The notes: generated by a model not told the origin, from the letters alone. A DNA stretch of 64,000 bases from Barthelona sp. PAP020 (GCA_040182905.1 JARQWU010000003.1:1-64000); one strand, 5' to 3'; numbered from the stretch's first letter, positions 8,792-19,736 are shown. A program made the numbers and translations.

Positions 8792-10573
8792 TTAAAAAAG
8801 TTTTCTTCCCTCAACAAAATCTACAGAATCGGACATGTGAGGTATTTCAGACAGTTCAAGTTCTTTATTTTCATCAAGATTTTGTTCGAAAATTTTCTTT
8901 ATTTCATCAGGTTTATTCAATAATTTATTTGATATGAAGATACCATTTGCTTTCTTCATTACTTCTTCATCCGAAATAATATTGTTTGTTCTCATTGAAA
9001 CCTTTCTTTTTGTTGCAATGAATGGACTGTCAATAATTGATTTTAACTTCTTTGGAGTTGGAATAGCCACCAAGGCCTTTTTAAATCCTGATTCATTCAA
9101 ACGAGCGTGCTGATTAAAGTCATCCATGAGATCTTTTTCACGTTTGGTTACCCCAAAATTGATATGTTTGGATGTTATTGTTCCTGGTGTTTTAAACGCA
9201 CCTTTGAGAATAGATTTCAATTGATTTGAAAGCCTTTGAGGTGTGATCATTGGTGTTTTAACATCATATTGCAAATATTTTGAAATAGTGTTGGGATTGG
9301 GAATAGGAACCCTATAAGACCTCGGTGTATTAGGGATAACATTCAATGGAGCAGGAGTCTTTATTAAATTGGTTTCATCACATTCATAATGCAAAGATGA
9401 CTGTTCATAAGGCACAAAAGCACTCTTTGAAATATAGGAATCTGTGAAGTCAAATCCTAACTCTTCACAAACGTTATGTATGGATGTTAATCCTGGTGAT
9501 CTTAAATCATTTCTGATTCTTGCGAAATTGTATTTTTTGGAATCATTTGATTGTTCAGTCTCATTTTTCTCCAAAACTACACTTTGATTGATCTCAGCAA
9601 ACAATTCATCACTCAATTTTAATTTTTTTTCCTTTATCAATATTGCACTGTTATATTCAGCAGAACAAATCAATGGAAACTCCACATTATTGACGGTTTG
9701 GTATCTATCCCTAGGATATTCTAACTCAAAATCTTCAATACTACTGAGTACAGTTCCTTTTCGTTGTGATGTTAAAAAGCATGAAACATCTTCTCTGAAT
9801 AAAGCATTTTTGTCTAATTTTGGCAATTTATGTATATTGAATGGGGCGCTAGGATTCAAATTCAAACTTTCTTTGTTTCTTTGGATGCGATGTGATACAT
9901 GTTTTGCTGATCTAGAAGTTGAAACACGCATTTCATCATCATCTCCTCGAACAATCACTTTAATATACTTAGAATCAACAAATTTTTGACAATTATGTGC
10001 TGATTTATCAAATTTACTCCGATTAATCGTATTTTCCGTAGGTCTATCAATAGGAGCCTTTTTCTTAGCCATATCTCTTCGAGGCGTTCTAATAGCTTCA
10101 CCTCCAAGAATAGAACCACGAAAACTTCGCAATCTCGAGTGTTGTTTGGACTCAAAAGTATTCTTCGATTTCTTTGTTATCATAGATTTAAAATGATCTA
10201 ATATATGAACTGGAATAAGAGTATCTGTTGTAAAACTAAGACTATAATCAACGCTTTTTCTCTTTGATCCAACTTCAATATTTGATTTCAAAAATTTGTG
10301 TAAATTTATGAATAAAGGTCTAAATATTGCATTTTTACCATGATAAATTTGGTTTTTAACGGTATCCAATGCTTCATTAATTCGATTTTCTTGAAATAAT
10401 GAAACAATTTCAAAATATACAGTTTCTCCCTGTGATACAATTGAATTTACATCTTGAATGATGGCTAAATTCTTTGTGGTTTTTTCATTCATGAAATTAG
10501 ATCGAACTTGCAATGAAGGAGAGCTCCCTCTTCCATAATTGTTTAAAGATATCGAGTTTGGATTATCTTTCAT
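8792..10573 (-). CDS. Hypothetical protein (593 aa, basic, several S/T-P sites)
   Basis: Long ATG-initiated ORF; no domain recognised. Confidence 0.7.
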   Translation of the reverse strand: MKDNPNSISLNNYGRGSSPSLQVRSNFMNEKTTKNLAIIQDVNSIVSQGETVYFEIVSLFQENRINEALDTVKNQIYHGKNAIFRPLFINLHKFLKSNIEVGSKRKSVDYSLSFTTDTLIPVHILDHFKSMITKKSKNTFESKQHSRLRSFRGSILGGEAIRTPRRDMAKKKAPIDRPTENTINRSKFDKSAHNCQKFVDSKYIKVIVRGDDDEMRVSTSRSAKHVSHRIQRNKESLNLNPSAPFNIHKLPKLDKNALFREDVSCFLTSQRKGTVLSSIEDFELEYPRDRYQTVNNVEFPLICSAEYNSAILIKEKKLKLSDELFAEINQSVVLEKNETEQSNDSKKYNFARIRNDLRSPGLTSIHNVCEELGFDFTDSYISKSAFVPYEQSSLHYECDETNLIKTPAPLNVIPNTPRSYRVPIPNPNTISKYLQYDVKTPMITPQRLSNQLKSILKGAFKTPGTITSKHINFGVTKREKDLMDDFNQHARLNESGFKKALVAIPTPKKLKSIIDSPFIATKRKVSMRTNNIISDEEVMKKANGIFISNKLLNKPDEIKKIFEQNLDENKELELSEIPHMSDSVDFVEGRKLF

Positions 10574-10773
10574 AAAAGCAAGCTGCTAATATCAATTTTA
10601 GCTGTTTCAAAAAGAAAAAAAATTAAGGCAACAAAAAATGCGCCTTTTAAAATTGACAAAAAACAGAACTAATAAATAATATTCATTGATATTTCAATAA
10701 GTAGATCCTAATAAAATATTTTAAAAAGGGGAAAAAGGTTTATTTTAAAGTTATTACAATTTAATCAATTATC

Positions 10774-12042
10774 ATGAAAACTTCAGTTAATGAAACAAAT
10801 ATTGGGTATGATTTGTATTTAGAAGATAGATTGCAACATTTTCGGAGAATATTAAGGCCTAGAATTGATGAAGAATGGATTCGAAATTTTCAACCTTTAG
10901 ATATTGAGGTAATAGAAAGAGTATTGGATATCCCCACTGGGGTTACTTGTTGTGCTATTGGATCATTATTTATTTCTTTACCACTCAAGGAAACAACTTT
11001 AAACATTTATGAAAAAGAAGGAATTATACCCCCACCTATTTCTGTTTATCAAACAGATGAGTATAATTCAGAAAATAAATTGTATTTTCTTGAAGATGAA
11101 TCAGGAAAATCTGAAATAGTATTTTCACCTGAAATGGAAGGAATTGCAGAGCAATTGATTAATGGTTTTATTATTGGAATAAAGGGAGAGAAATTACATG
11201 GGCAACCTTTCGTTGTTAAAGATATTATGTTGCCAAAACCAAAGGTTTTGAAACCAATTAACATTGTAAAGGATGAATGGTATGTGTTTATTGGTGATTT
11301 GTGTATAGGAGCACAAGATTTCAATAATATTGCCTTTTGGCAATTGGTTTCGTTTCTTAATGGAACAATAAAATCGGATATTTTGGATTCTTCTCTTATT
11401 TCACGTGTTTTTGCCATTGGTAATATATGTGCCCCTTTAGAACAATTAAAAGGTGGAAAGGAAGTGATTGAACAGTTAGAAATCAGTCCTTGGAAAAGAG
11501 AAGAACTTCTCTTTTATCCTTTGCAAAATGTTGAACAGTGTTTATTACAAGTAGCCACTTTAAAAGAATTACACATTGTACCAGGATTTGATGATCCAAC
11601 AACCGTGAGCCTACCACAAAAACCTTTTCATCCTTGTTTATTTCCTTCCTTAAACAAATTAAGCAGCGTTCATTTTGAAGAAAATCCAGCTTTTGTTGAA
11701 ATTGACCACTTATCTTTAATTTTGGATAATGGTATGGTATTGAGCGAATTGCAACGATATAAGCACGATATTGATATCAATCATGTTAAAATGTTGTTGA
11801 ATTGTGGTCATATTGCCCCTATTTGTCCAGATACATTAGATACGTCACCGATTTTGGAAAGGGACCCTTTTATCATTGATGAATATCCTAATTTATTCAT
11901 TATAAATTCTCAAAATGAATTAGATTATACCAATGTTGAGAATTCGTTGGTTGTATTGATGCCTTCATTTCATAAAAGCAGACAAATAGTTTTGGTCAAT
12001 CCTTATTCTCATGAAGTCAAGTCTTTACAATTTAGTAGTTGA
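10774..12042 (+). CDS. POLD2: DNA polymerase delta small (B) subunit
   Basis: OB-fold LYFLEDESG followed by inactive phosphoesterase motifs VPGFDDPTTVSLPQKPFHPCLF, GHIAPICPDTL, DPFIIDEYP, MPSFHKS. Confidence 0.93.
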   Translation: MKTSVNETNIGYDLYLEDRLQHFRRILRPRIDEEWIRNFQPLDIEVIERVLDIPTGVTCCAIGSLFISLPLKETTLNIYEKEGIIPPPISVYQTDEYNSENKLYFLEDESGKSEIVFSPEMEGIAEQLINGFIIGIKGEKLHGQPFVVKDIMLPKPKVLKPINIVKDEWYVFIGDLCIGAQDFNNIAFWQLVSFLNGTIKSDILDSSLISRVFAIGNICAPLEQLKGGKEVIEQLEISPWKREELLFYPLQNVEQCLLQVATLKELHIVPGFDDPTTVSLPQKPFHPCLFPSLNKLSSVHFEENPAFVEIDHLSLILDNGMVLSELQRYKHDIDINHVKMLLNCGHIAPICPDTLDTSPILERDPFIIDEYPNLFIINSQNELDYTNVENSLVVLMPSFHKSRQIVLVNPYSHEVKSLQFSS

Positions 12043-12167
12043 ATAAATAAGTTTCATAATTTGTTGTTATCATTATTTTCAAATTGAAGGAAAATTGAAA
12101 AGAACCATTTTTGAATTTGAAATTTGATTTTTCAATTTGAATTTTTTTTTTTTAAATCAAACAAAAA

Positions 12168-13721
12168 ATGTCATCAAAGTTGTTTCAAAATGTTGCAAAG
12201 CATCCTTTGATTAGAATTAATCCTTCCAAAGTCCAACAAATTTGGGAAGCGACAGCAAGTTTTACTTTATCCAAACTCCAATCTCAACGTGGTGTTAAAT
12301 TCGGTAATTTAGGGCAATTTAACTTCATCCAACATCAATCACATGTTAATTTAAATAATCAATTTTATTATACTCCATTTTTTTGGTTATCCAGAAGTTT
12401 TCAGAGTCAAAATCAAATAACTCAACCTCGTTATCCTCATAATTCTAATATTGCATGTGTATCTTTAAATTTTACTACTATTGCATCTCGATGCGAATCA
12501 GATAAGCAGTTGGTTCAAGATGTAATAAACACCACGATTAGTGTTTTAAATAATATGGTTAAACAGGGTATTTCCACTCAATTGGTGTTGCCTGGAATTG
12601 GAAAATTGAGTTTTCAATGTTCTGGAACCAGAACCTTTAATTTTATTATGGATCCTTCTTTAAAAGCGTTATTTGATAGAGACCAAAGTAGTTCCCCAAA
12701 AAGAAAAATTACTGCATTTCCGGCTTCCAAAATTTCTTCCAGAGCTTCATCAAGAGCTTCTATTCCTCCAACACCTGATGTGATGGAAGTTGAAACTGAA
12801 CCTCAACCTCAACAGCAAAGTATTCAATCTCAAATAGTTGCGTCAAAGCCCAAAATCCATAAGGATAAATTGCCTTTGGTTTCTGATTTGTATGACGATG
12901 ACTTTATGGTTGTTGGACAATCTATTTCGTCCAGACGTATTGAACAAGAAGAGTATGAATTTGATGCCATGCCCACAATTGAGGATGACAAAGATCTTTT
13001 AGAAAATACTCGTAAATTGGCTGAAAAAATTGCTGAAGAAAATCGCCTTTTGGCTGAAAGTCGTATTTCAAAAAGGAAAGAACATGAAACTTATGAACCT
13101 TCATATATTTTTGCAAATCGTCCACCAACACCTTTAACAGAACCTTTGGATCGTCAAAAAATTTTGGAAGAACAATTAGAACAAGCGAAGAAACTGCAAG
13201 ATTATGAAAAAAAATTGAAAGAAGAAGAACGTTTGGAATTTGAAAAGAGTCAACAGCAATATTTGGAAGCTGAAAAAGAAGAACGTTTAAGACGTTTACA
13301 AAGTCAACAAAAACAAAGACGTGCATTGGATGAACAATTACAAAATCCACCTTCCCCTATTGTGGATGGTTTTATGATTGATCCTGATAAATTTGTCCCC
13401 ATTGCAACAGATGGTTCTGCTGATGATATGGCCCGTAGAAGAAAAGAGGCAACTCGTCTTGCCAATGAAGCCCGGGAACAAATGAAAGCTGCACAAATCA
13501 ATAAAAAAGAAAAAATAAAACAAAATCAATTAGAGTCTCAAGAAGAACTCAGAATAGCTCAGGAAGAACTGAAAAGATTAAAACAAAAGGAATTGGACAG
13601 AAAATTAAAAGAACAAAAGGATATAAATGAAGCTTTGTCCAAACAAATGGTTGAACGACATTTGCGTACCAGAGTTGAAGATGTTGAAGAAGTGCCATTT
13701 CCCCTACCTAATAATCCTTAA
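12168..13721 (+). CDS. CCDC81: CCDC81-like protein (two HU-like domains plus coiled coil; centrosomal/ciliary)
   Basis: VQQIWEA...RGVKFGNLGQF...PFFWLSRSF and LNFTTIA...LVLPGIGKL match the HU-CCDC81 repeat pattern; E/K/Q/R-rich coiled-coil C-terminus. Confidence 0.75.
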   Translation: MSSKLFQNVAKHPLIRINPSKVQQIWEATASFTLSKLQSQRGVKFGNLGQFNFIQHQSHVNLNNQFYYTPFFWLSRSFQSQNQITQPRYPHNSNIACVSLNFTTIASRCESDKQLVQDVINTTISVLNNMVKQGISTQLVLPGIGKLSFQCSGTRTFNFIMDPSLKALFDRDQSSSPKRKITAFPASKISSRASSRASIPPTPDVMEVETEPQPQQQSIQSQIVASKPKIHKDKLPLVSDLYDDDFMVVGQSISSRRIEQEEYEFDAMPTIEDDKDLLENTRKLAEKIAEENRLLAESRISKRKEHETYEPSYIFANRPPTPLTEPLDRQKILEEQLEQAKKLQDYEKKLKEEERLEFEKSQQQYLEAEKEERLRRLQSQQKQRRALDEQLQNPPSPIVDGFMIDPDKFVPIATDGSADDMARRRKEATRLANEAREQMKAAQINKKEKIKQNQLESQEELRIAQEELKRLKQKELDRKLKEQKDINEALSKQMVERHLRTRVEDVEEVPFPLPNNP

Positions 13722-13967
13722 TTTTTTTTTAAGGCTATTTGATTCCAATTTTATTCAATCAATCGTGTCTGTATGTAAATTTTTATAAATTATTTTTTAA
13801 GTTTTCTTCATCTTTTTGATTTCATCAAAAGATGTGTAATGACTCCTAAACTATTAAATTAAATCCTTTTTACATAAAAATCCACCACCAATGATTGATT
13901 CCAACAACACAAAAAAAAACAAAAATGAAACTTTTCAATCTTTTACTTTTAGATTTCTGAATGATAT

Positions 13968-16900
13968 ATGTCTTCTTATAAGGGTACAAAAGTAGTTGAC
14001 GAGGAGTATTTCCCACCGAGTAGTTCATCTTCAACAGTTGAAGAAGAAGATAACGATTTTGTTGATTTTAGATTGGAGAATTCTCCTTTGCGTCCAAGTG
14101 TAGAAAGCGACGAAGAAGAAGAAGAAGAAGAGAAAAGATATAGAAGTAGATCTGCACGTAATAGAAATCGTAGAAAAAAACGGGGCAGTATATTTCCTTT
14201 CACATCTAAAAAAAAGGCAAACAGAAGTTGGTCTAAGAACATTTCTGAATCTGAATCTGAATCTGAATCTGAATCTGAACAAGAAAAAAACTCTGAAAGT
14301 GATGAAGACAGTTTACCATCTCATAGAATTATCAAGAGTCAGTCTGTTGATACTTCTGAAGATGAGTTTGAAATTGATGAAGAAGATATTGAGTTGCCTT
14401 TTAAATCACGTTCATCAATTTCTGCAAGAACAAGAGCTCGTCTTTCTCGAAAGGTAACAACACCAACACTTCGTGAAAAAAAGCTAAAACCTGTCACTGT
14501 TGTTCCCTTGGATATGGCGGCTCTAGCTTCAAATGGAGAAATTGCTTCTTCTTCATCTTCTTCTTCTGAAGATGGATCGCAAAAAGCACATTATAGACAT
14601 AATAAATCTCGTCAATTGAAGGAAAAGTCAAACAAAAGAAAAGATTTGAAGCGGGAACCAGTGTCGGAAACCAGTGATATCAATTGTTCCGATTCATCGT
14701 CCAGTGATAGCGATCTTTCAGAAACTGAACGTACAATTATTGATATTTTGCAAAACGATGGCGTCAAACAATCGTATTTTGGTCGTTCAGTGAAAGCTGA
14801 TGCTACTGCTCAATTGATAATTGACCCCACTATCACATTTGAAGCACTTGGTGGATTGGATGATGTTGTTTCTCAATTAATGGAAATGGTTCGATTGCCC
14901 TTAATGTACCCTGGTTTATTCCACAAATTAGACCCACCTCGTGGTATTCTCTTTCATGGTCCACCTGGTGTTGGTAAAACACATGTTGCACGAGCGCTTG
15001 TGAATGCTTGTCGATCTATGGGACATCCCATTGCATTTTTCATGCGTAAAGGTGCAGATTGTTTGTCGAGATGGGTTGGTGAAGCTGAACGACAATTACG
15101 AATGCTCTTTGCTGAGGCCAAAAGATGCCAACCATCCATTATTTTCTTTGATGAAATTGATGGATTAGCACCTGTTCGTAGTTCAAGACAAGACCAAATT
15201 CATTCTTCAATTGTCTCCACTCTGTTAGCTTTGATGGATGGTTTAGATTCTCGTGGACATGTAATTGTTATTGGTGCTACAAATCGTGTTGATACTATTG
15301 ATCCAGCTTTGAGACGTCCTGGTAGGTTTGATCGTGAAATTGAGTTTAGATTGCCGAATAAAGATGCACGACGCAAAATCTTGGATATTTGCACACGTGA
15401 TACAATTTCAAAAGATTCTAATTCGTCTATAATTCGTCATTTAGATCCAAATCTATTGGATAAGTTAGCCAAACAAACGGAAGGTTGTTCTGGGGCTGAT
15501 TTAAAAGCTCTTTCAACAGAAGCCTATTTGAGATGTTTGCGACGAACATATCCCCAATTATATAATCCAGAGAATTTATACACAACATTTAAATTACCGT
15601 CTGAACCTATCATAGCCAGCGCAAATGATTATTGGAATGCTTTAGATGACCTACAAACTTCTACTGGACGACATAGTGAATCTATTCAATTGACGAAAAG
15701 TCAATATGCTTTTGTTGAACCTTTGATGGATCCAATGATGAAATCTGTAAGAAATCATTTGATTAAGTTCAACTCTGGCAAAAAGGAAAATTCCACGAGT
15801 TTAAGTTTAACAAATGAAGGTGTTAGTTTTGTAAAGATTGTGCAAGTTGATGCCATGTTGGACAATGCCAATGTGATCTTAACCTCTTGTACTTCATCAC
15901 ATTGGGAATTTTATGAATTGACGATGTCTTTTTTATCACGCAATATGAATGTTCAAGAAGAGTTAGCGAATCTGTTACATTCTGCTTCAAGAACAACATC
16001 TTTAATTGTGGCACCAAATTTTGATGTGTTAATGAATAGTTTATCAACTGAATGTTTGACTTGTTTAACTGATTTTTTCACGCAACCTTTGAAAGGCAAA
16101 TGTGTTTTCGCTTTTTCTTTGGTTGACAAGTTATCTTTGAATGTATTTCCAGATTTTCTTTCTTTAGATGTTATTGTTGGAAAAAATAAAGAAGAAGAAA
16201 AAGATGATGATTATAACGATGATGAAGAAGAAAAGTTAGATATACTTCATCCAGTTCAAATGGCAATAAATGAATTGTATTATGAAATTGATGGTAAAAG
16301 ACTAATTTATGCTGAAAGTCAACAAACATCTGAACAAAAATTAGAAGTGATTTCTTCAATACATCAAAATTCTAAAACTGAAAATGAGTTGAAAACATAT
16401 AGTGAAAAGCTTGTAAAAATCATTCAATTACAAATACCACGTTTAAGGTCTTTCAGACATGAATTACGTGATAATTTATTTAATCTTCAAAAGAAATCTC
16501 AAATGAAGAAATATAAAGAGTTTTATGAAAATGAATATGATGATAATGGACCTAGCATCAACAATCTCTTTACTAGAATTGATAACAATGAATTTTGTTA
16601 TTTAGAACAATACTATGATGCAGTTGATGAATTGAGAGAAGCTATTTTAAATGAAGATTTCGGTTCAAGTTCAAATGTCAAACATCGTGGGATAGATTTG
16701 ATTGATGTTATCAAAACAGAATGTGATTTTTATTTGGTTAATGATAACAAGAAGTTTTTATCCGTTTTGAAGAAATTACATGAAGCACGAAAAGAATATA
16801 TTGCTAAAATTGAAGAATGTGGTGGAGATTACATAAAGATCTTGAATGCCCATATTCCAAAAAGTGAATTGAAAGAATTAGGTATCCCTTCAATTGATGT

Positions 16901-17375
16901 AACTCATGAAGAAATAGAAAACGAAACTATTGATTTGAATGAAGGTTCCAAAAATTTTGAAAGTTTGGAAAATATCAATGAAAAAGAACAAAATATTTTT
17001 ACAGATAAAAATATTAGTATTTCTTTGTCTGGTTCTGGCACTTTAAAATCACCAAATCTTGAACAAATGGACGATATTGATGAAATGACTGAACTTCAAG
17101 ATGAAAATTCTCTCTCTATAACAGATCAAAAGTCATTCAATTCTTCTAACACAAACGATATCAATTTGTGGAATTTTGATAATCAAAATGAACATTGGAA
17201 GACAGTTGTTGATGATTTGAAAAGAAAGTATGACAACAATATTTTCACATTTTCCAAATTTTCAATTCTCAAAAATAACTTGTTTGCATTCTTTGATGAT
17301 GACATGAAGAACACTCCTTTTAATGTGGATACATACATCAATGCAATTATCCAAATTGTAAACGAGATATTTTAA
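13968..17375 (+). CDS. ATAD2: ATAD2/Yta7-family AAA+ histone chaperone
   Basis: Acidic/Ser-rich N-terminus; Walker A GPPGVGKT; family signature FFMRKGADCLSRWVGEAERQLR...FFDEIDGLAPVRSSRQDQIHSSIVSTLLALMDGLDSRG; second AAA and bromodomain regions are degenerate. Confidence 0.92.
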   Translation: MSSYKGTKVVDEEYFPPSSSSSTVEEEDNDFVDFRLENSPLRPSVESDEEEEEEEKRYRSRSARNRNRRKKRGSIFPFTSKKKANRSWSKNISESESESESESEQEKNSESDEDSLPSHRIIKSQSVDTSEDEFEIDEEDIELPFKSRSSISARTRARLSRKVTTPTLREKKLKPVTVVPLDMAALASNGEIASSSSSSSEDGSQKAHYRHNKSRQLKEKSNKRKDLKREPVSETSDINCSDSSSSDSDLSETERTIIDILQNDGVKQSYFGRSVKADATAQLIIDPTITFEALGGLDDVVSQLMEMVRLPLMYPGLFHKLDPPRGILFHGPPGVGKTHVARALVNACRSMGHPIAFFMRKGADCLSRWVGEAERQLRMLFAEAKRCQPSIIFFDEIDGLAPVRSSRQDQIHSSIVSTLLALMDGLDSRGHVIVIGATNRVDTIDPALRRPGRFDREIEFRLPNKDARRKILDICTRDTISKDSNSSIIRHLDPNLLDKLAKQTEGCSGADLKALSTEAYLRCLRRTYPQLYNPENLYTTFKLPSEPIIASANDYWNALDDLQTSTGRHSESIQLTKSQYAFVEPLMDPMMKSVRNHLIKFNSGKKENSTSLSLTNEGVSFVKIVQVDAMLDNANVILTSCTSSHWEFYELTMSFLSRNMNVQEELANLLHSASRTTSLIVAPNFDVLMNSLSTECLTCLTDFFTQPLKGKCVFAFSLVDKLSLNVFPDFLSLDVIVGKNKEEEKDDDYNDDEEEKLDILHPVQMAINELYYEIDGKRLIYAESQQTSEQKLEVISSIHQNSKTENELKTYSEKLVKIIQLQIPRLRSFRHELRDNLFNLQKKSQMKKYKEFYENEYDDNGPSINNLFTRIDNNEFCYLEQYYDAVDELREAILNEDFGSSSNVKHRGIDLIDVIKTECDFYLVNDNKKFLSVLKKLHEARKEYIAKIEECGGDYIKILNAHIPKSELKELGIPSIDVTHEEIENETIDLNEGSKNFESLENINEKEQNIFTDKNISISLSGSGTLKSPNLEQMDDIDEMTELQDENSLSITDQKSFNSSNTNDINLWNFDNQNEHWKTVVDDLKRKYDNNIFTFSKFSILKNNLFAFFDDDMKNTPFNVDTYINAIIQIVNEIF
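14244..14279 (+). repeat. (TCTGAA)6 coding microsatellite (Ser-Glu repeat)
   Basis: Six exact hexamer copies inside the ATAD2 N-terminus. Confidence 0.95.
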
Positions 17376-17459
17376 TTTTATAAACAAGCAACTCTTTTCT
17401 TTTACCTTTTTATTTTTTTGTGTGCATTTGCATTTAATATAAAAACAAAACAAAATCAA

Positions 17460-17948
17460 CTATTTATTGGGTGTCGTATTGCCACTGTTATATTTTCTCC
17501 TTCCACTTTGTTGTTGTTGTTTCCTAGGTCCACCACGATTACGTTTCCTATAATCATCTGCAGCTTTTCCACCAAACTTTCCTCTTCCAAACTCACGACC
17601 ACTTTGAAAACCAGAATCAAAATCAATGGAAATTTTTTGATGATTTAAAAGCCAATGATTTAAAATGGCATAAGAACTATTCGCTTCTTCAGGTGTTGAA
17701 TATTGTACAAAAGCAAATCCACAAGGTTGTTTTTGATATCTATTTATTCCCATAATTATTCGTTCTACATGTCCAACTGTTGAAAATAATGAATACACTT
17801 GTTCTTCAGTTGTATCTTGTGCTAAATTTCCTACATATAATGTTGAAGATTCAATCAAATTGTCAACTAATTCTTCAATGGGTCCTTCCCATGACTTACT
17901 TGAATATTTAATACTTTTCAATCTGGAAAATATTGGATGATCAATCAT
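17460..17948 (-). CDS. NCBP2: Nuclear cap-binding protein subunit 2 (CBP20)
   Basis: First ATG at 17948. RRM STLYVGNL...TTEEQVY...RIIMG...PCGFAFVQY and C-terminal IDFDSGF..GREFGRGKFGG...DDYR. Confidence 0.93.
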   Translation of the reverse strand: MIDHPIFSRLKSIKYSSKSWEGPIEELVDNLIESSTLYVGNLAQDTTEEQVYSLFSTVGHVERIIMGINRYQKQPCGFAFVQYSTPEEANSSYAILNHWLLNHQKISIDFDSGFQSGREFGRGKFGGKAADDYRKRNRGGPRKQQQQSGRRKYNSGNTTPNK

Positions 17949-18120
17949 ATTAACAAAAAAATGCAAATACTTTGCAATCTTTCTTTTCAATACTACTATT
18001 AAAATAATCAATTAAATATCACTTTCAATTAAATGGTTAACAATTTTATTAAAAAAAAAAACAAAAAGAAAAAGAAAATAATAGTAGAAACAATTTTACA
18101 TAGTTTCAGTCAAATTAAAA

Positions 18121-19728
18121 ATGAAACAAATTCTATATGGGAAAATAATTGGATATAATGATGAAAAAACAAAACGAATAGTTGTTGAGAATGGAATTAT
18201 TACCGAAATTGAAGATACAGAAGAAATTGATGAAATAATTTATATCACACCCATTTTAGTTGATTCACATGTTCATGTGGAGTCTAGTTTTTGCTTACCC
18301 CAATTTTTTGGAAAAATGGCATTGAAACATGGTGTCGGTGCTGCTATTTGTGATCCACACGAAATTGCCAATGTATTACATATTGAAGGAATTAATTTTA
18401 TGATTGAAGATGGAAAATTATCTGAATTCAAATTTTTTTGGGCAATTCCTAGTTGTGTGCCTGCAATGGATGGTATTGATTGTGGTGCAGAAATTACTTC
18501 TGAAGATGTTAAGAATTTATGTGAAACCAATAATTTTGTTGCCATTGGGGAAGTCATGAATTTTCCTGGGGTTTTAAATGGTGATCCCAAAATGAAAGAG
18601 ATTATTTCCCTTGGACATGAGCATAGACTTAAGGTTGATGGACATTGTCCAGGTTTGACTGGTGATGATTTGCTTAAATACGTTGGTGAGGGTATTACTA
18701 CAGACCATGAAGTGACAACAATTGAAGAAGGAATTGAAAAGATTAATGCTGGGTGTAAGGTAAGCATCCGAGATGGGACAGCTGCAAGCGATTTTGAAGC
18801 ATTGTGGGGTTTAGTCAATTATAATCCAGACATGTGCCTGTTATGTTCCGACGACTCTCATCCTTCAAGACTACTTGATGGTTATATGACCAATACATTA
18901 CGTAAATTAATCAATAAAGGTATTGATAAGCATGTTGCTGTTCGAGTTGCTTCATTGAATGCCATAAATCATTACAATTTGCCATTAGGGCAACTGAGGG
19001 TTGGAGATAAGGCAGATTTTACTGTATGGTATGATAATGAATGGAATGAACCCATTGTGTACTTTGATGGTATACCTGTGGCTGAATCACATTCTTCTGT
19101 TGAAATTAAGTTGCCTAACCCTTTACAAATGATGGAAAGATCTCCTGTTGAAGAAAAAGACTTGCATTTGAGTGTTCATGGATTAGTACATGTCATTAAA
19201 GTCCAAGATAGAAGTCTATATACCTTTGATGAGATTATTGAGTTAAATTGTGATGATTTTCAAGGGGATATAACGAGTGATATTTTAAAGATAGTCAATT
19301 GTTCACGGTATCATCCTGATTTGCCACCAGCTATTGGTTTAGTGAACGGATTCGGATTAAAACATGGTGCTATTGCTTCTTCAATTGCACATGATTCACA
19401 CAATATTATAGCCATTGGAACCAATGATAAAGATCTAAAAGCTGCGATCAATAATGTTATCTCCAATAAAGGAGCTATTTGTTATGCATATGACGGTAAC
19501 ATTTATGATTTACCCTTGGTATATGGAGGACTGATGTGTGAATATCCAGTTGATATTGCTCAAAGTAAATTGGATAATATTTTGGAACATCTTGAATGTG
19601 ATATTGAGCATCCTTTTATCACAATGGCTTTTTTGGCATTAACTGTTATTCCACAATTAAAATTAGATGCCAGTGGATTATGGACACTTGATATATATCC
19701 TAAAAAAATTGATTTGAAGGTTAACTAG
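18121..19728 (+). CDS. ade: Adenine deaminase, bacterial AdeC-type amidohydrolase
   Basis: DSHVHVESS, DPHEIANV, GEVMNFPGV, DGHCPG, TDHE, IRDGTAA, CSDDSHP, GAIASSIAHDSHN, FLALTVIPQLKL. Confidence 0.93.
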   Translation: MKQILYGKIIGYNDEKTKRIVVENGIITEIEDTEEIDEIIYITPILVDSHVHVESSFCLPQFFGKMALKHGVGAAICDPHEIANVLHIEGINFMIEDGKLSEFKFFWAIPSCVPAMDGIDCGAEITSEDVKNLCETNNFVAIGEVMNFPGVLNGDPKMKEIISLGHEHRLKVDGHCPGLTGDDLLKYVGEGITTDHEVTTIEEGIEKINAGCKVSIRDGTAASDFEALWGLVNYNPDMCLLCSDDSHPSRLLDGYMTNTLRKLINKGIDKHVAVRVASLNAINHYNLPLGQLRVGDKADFTVWYDNEWNEPIVYFDGIPVAESHSSVEIKLPNPLQMMERSPVEEKDLHLSVHGLVHVIKVQDRSLYTFDEIIELNCDDFQGDITSDILKIVNCSRYHPDLPPAIGLVNGFGLKHGAIASSIAHDSHNIIAIGTNDKDLKAAINNVISNKGAICYAYDGNIYDLPLVYGGLMCEYPVDIAQSKLDNILEHLECDIEHPFITMAFLALTVIPQLKLDASGLWTLDIYPKKIDLKVN

Positions 19729-19729
19729 T

Positions 19730-19736
19730 TGTAAAT
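19730..19736 (+). terminator. Candidate polyadenylation signal TGTAAAT (representative copy)
   Basis: The same 7-mer lies on the sense strand within about 80 nt after the stop of 7 of the 23 genes (see findings). Confidence 0.6.

Noticed and set aside
10586..10632. Possible fourth intron upstream of the 593-aa orphan (minus-strand CTAA...TAG)
   Set aside because: The only candidate donor is GTTGCC, giving 47 nt, unlike the GTAWT 42-43-nt pattern, and no upstream coding exon is evident.
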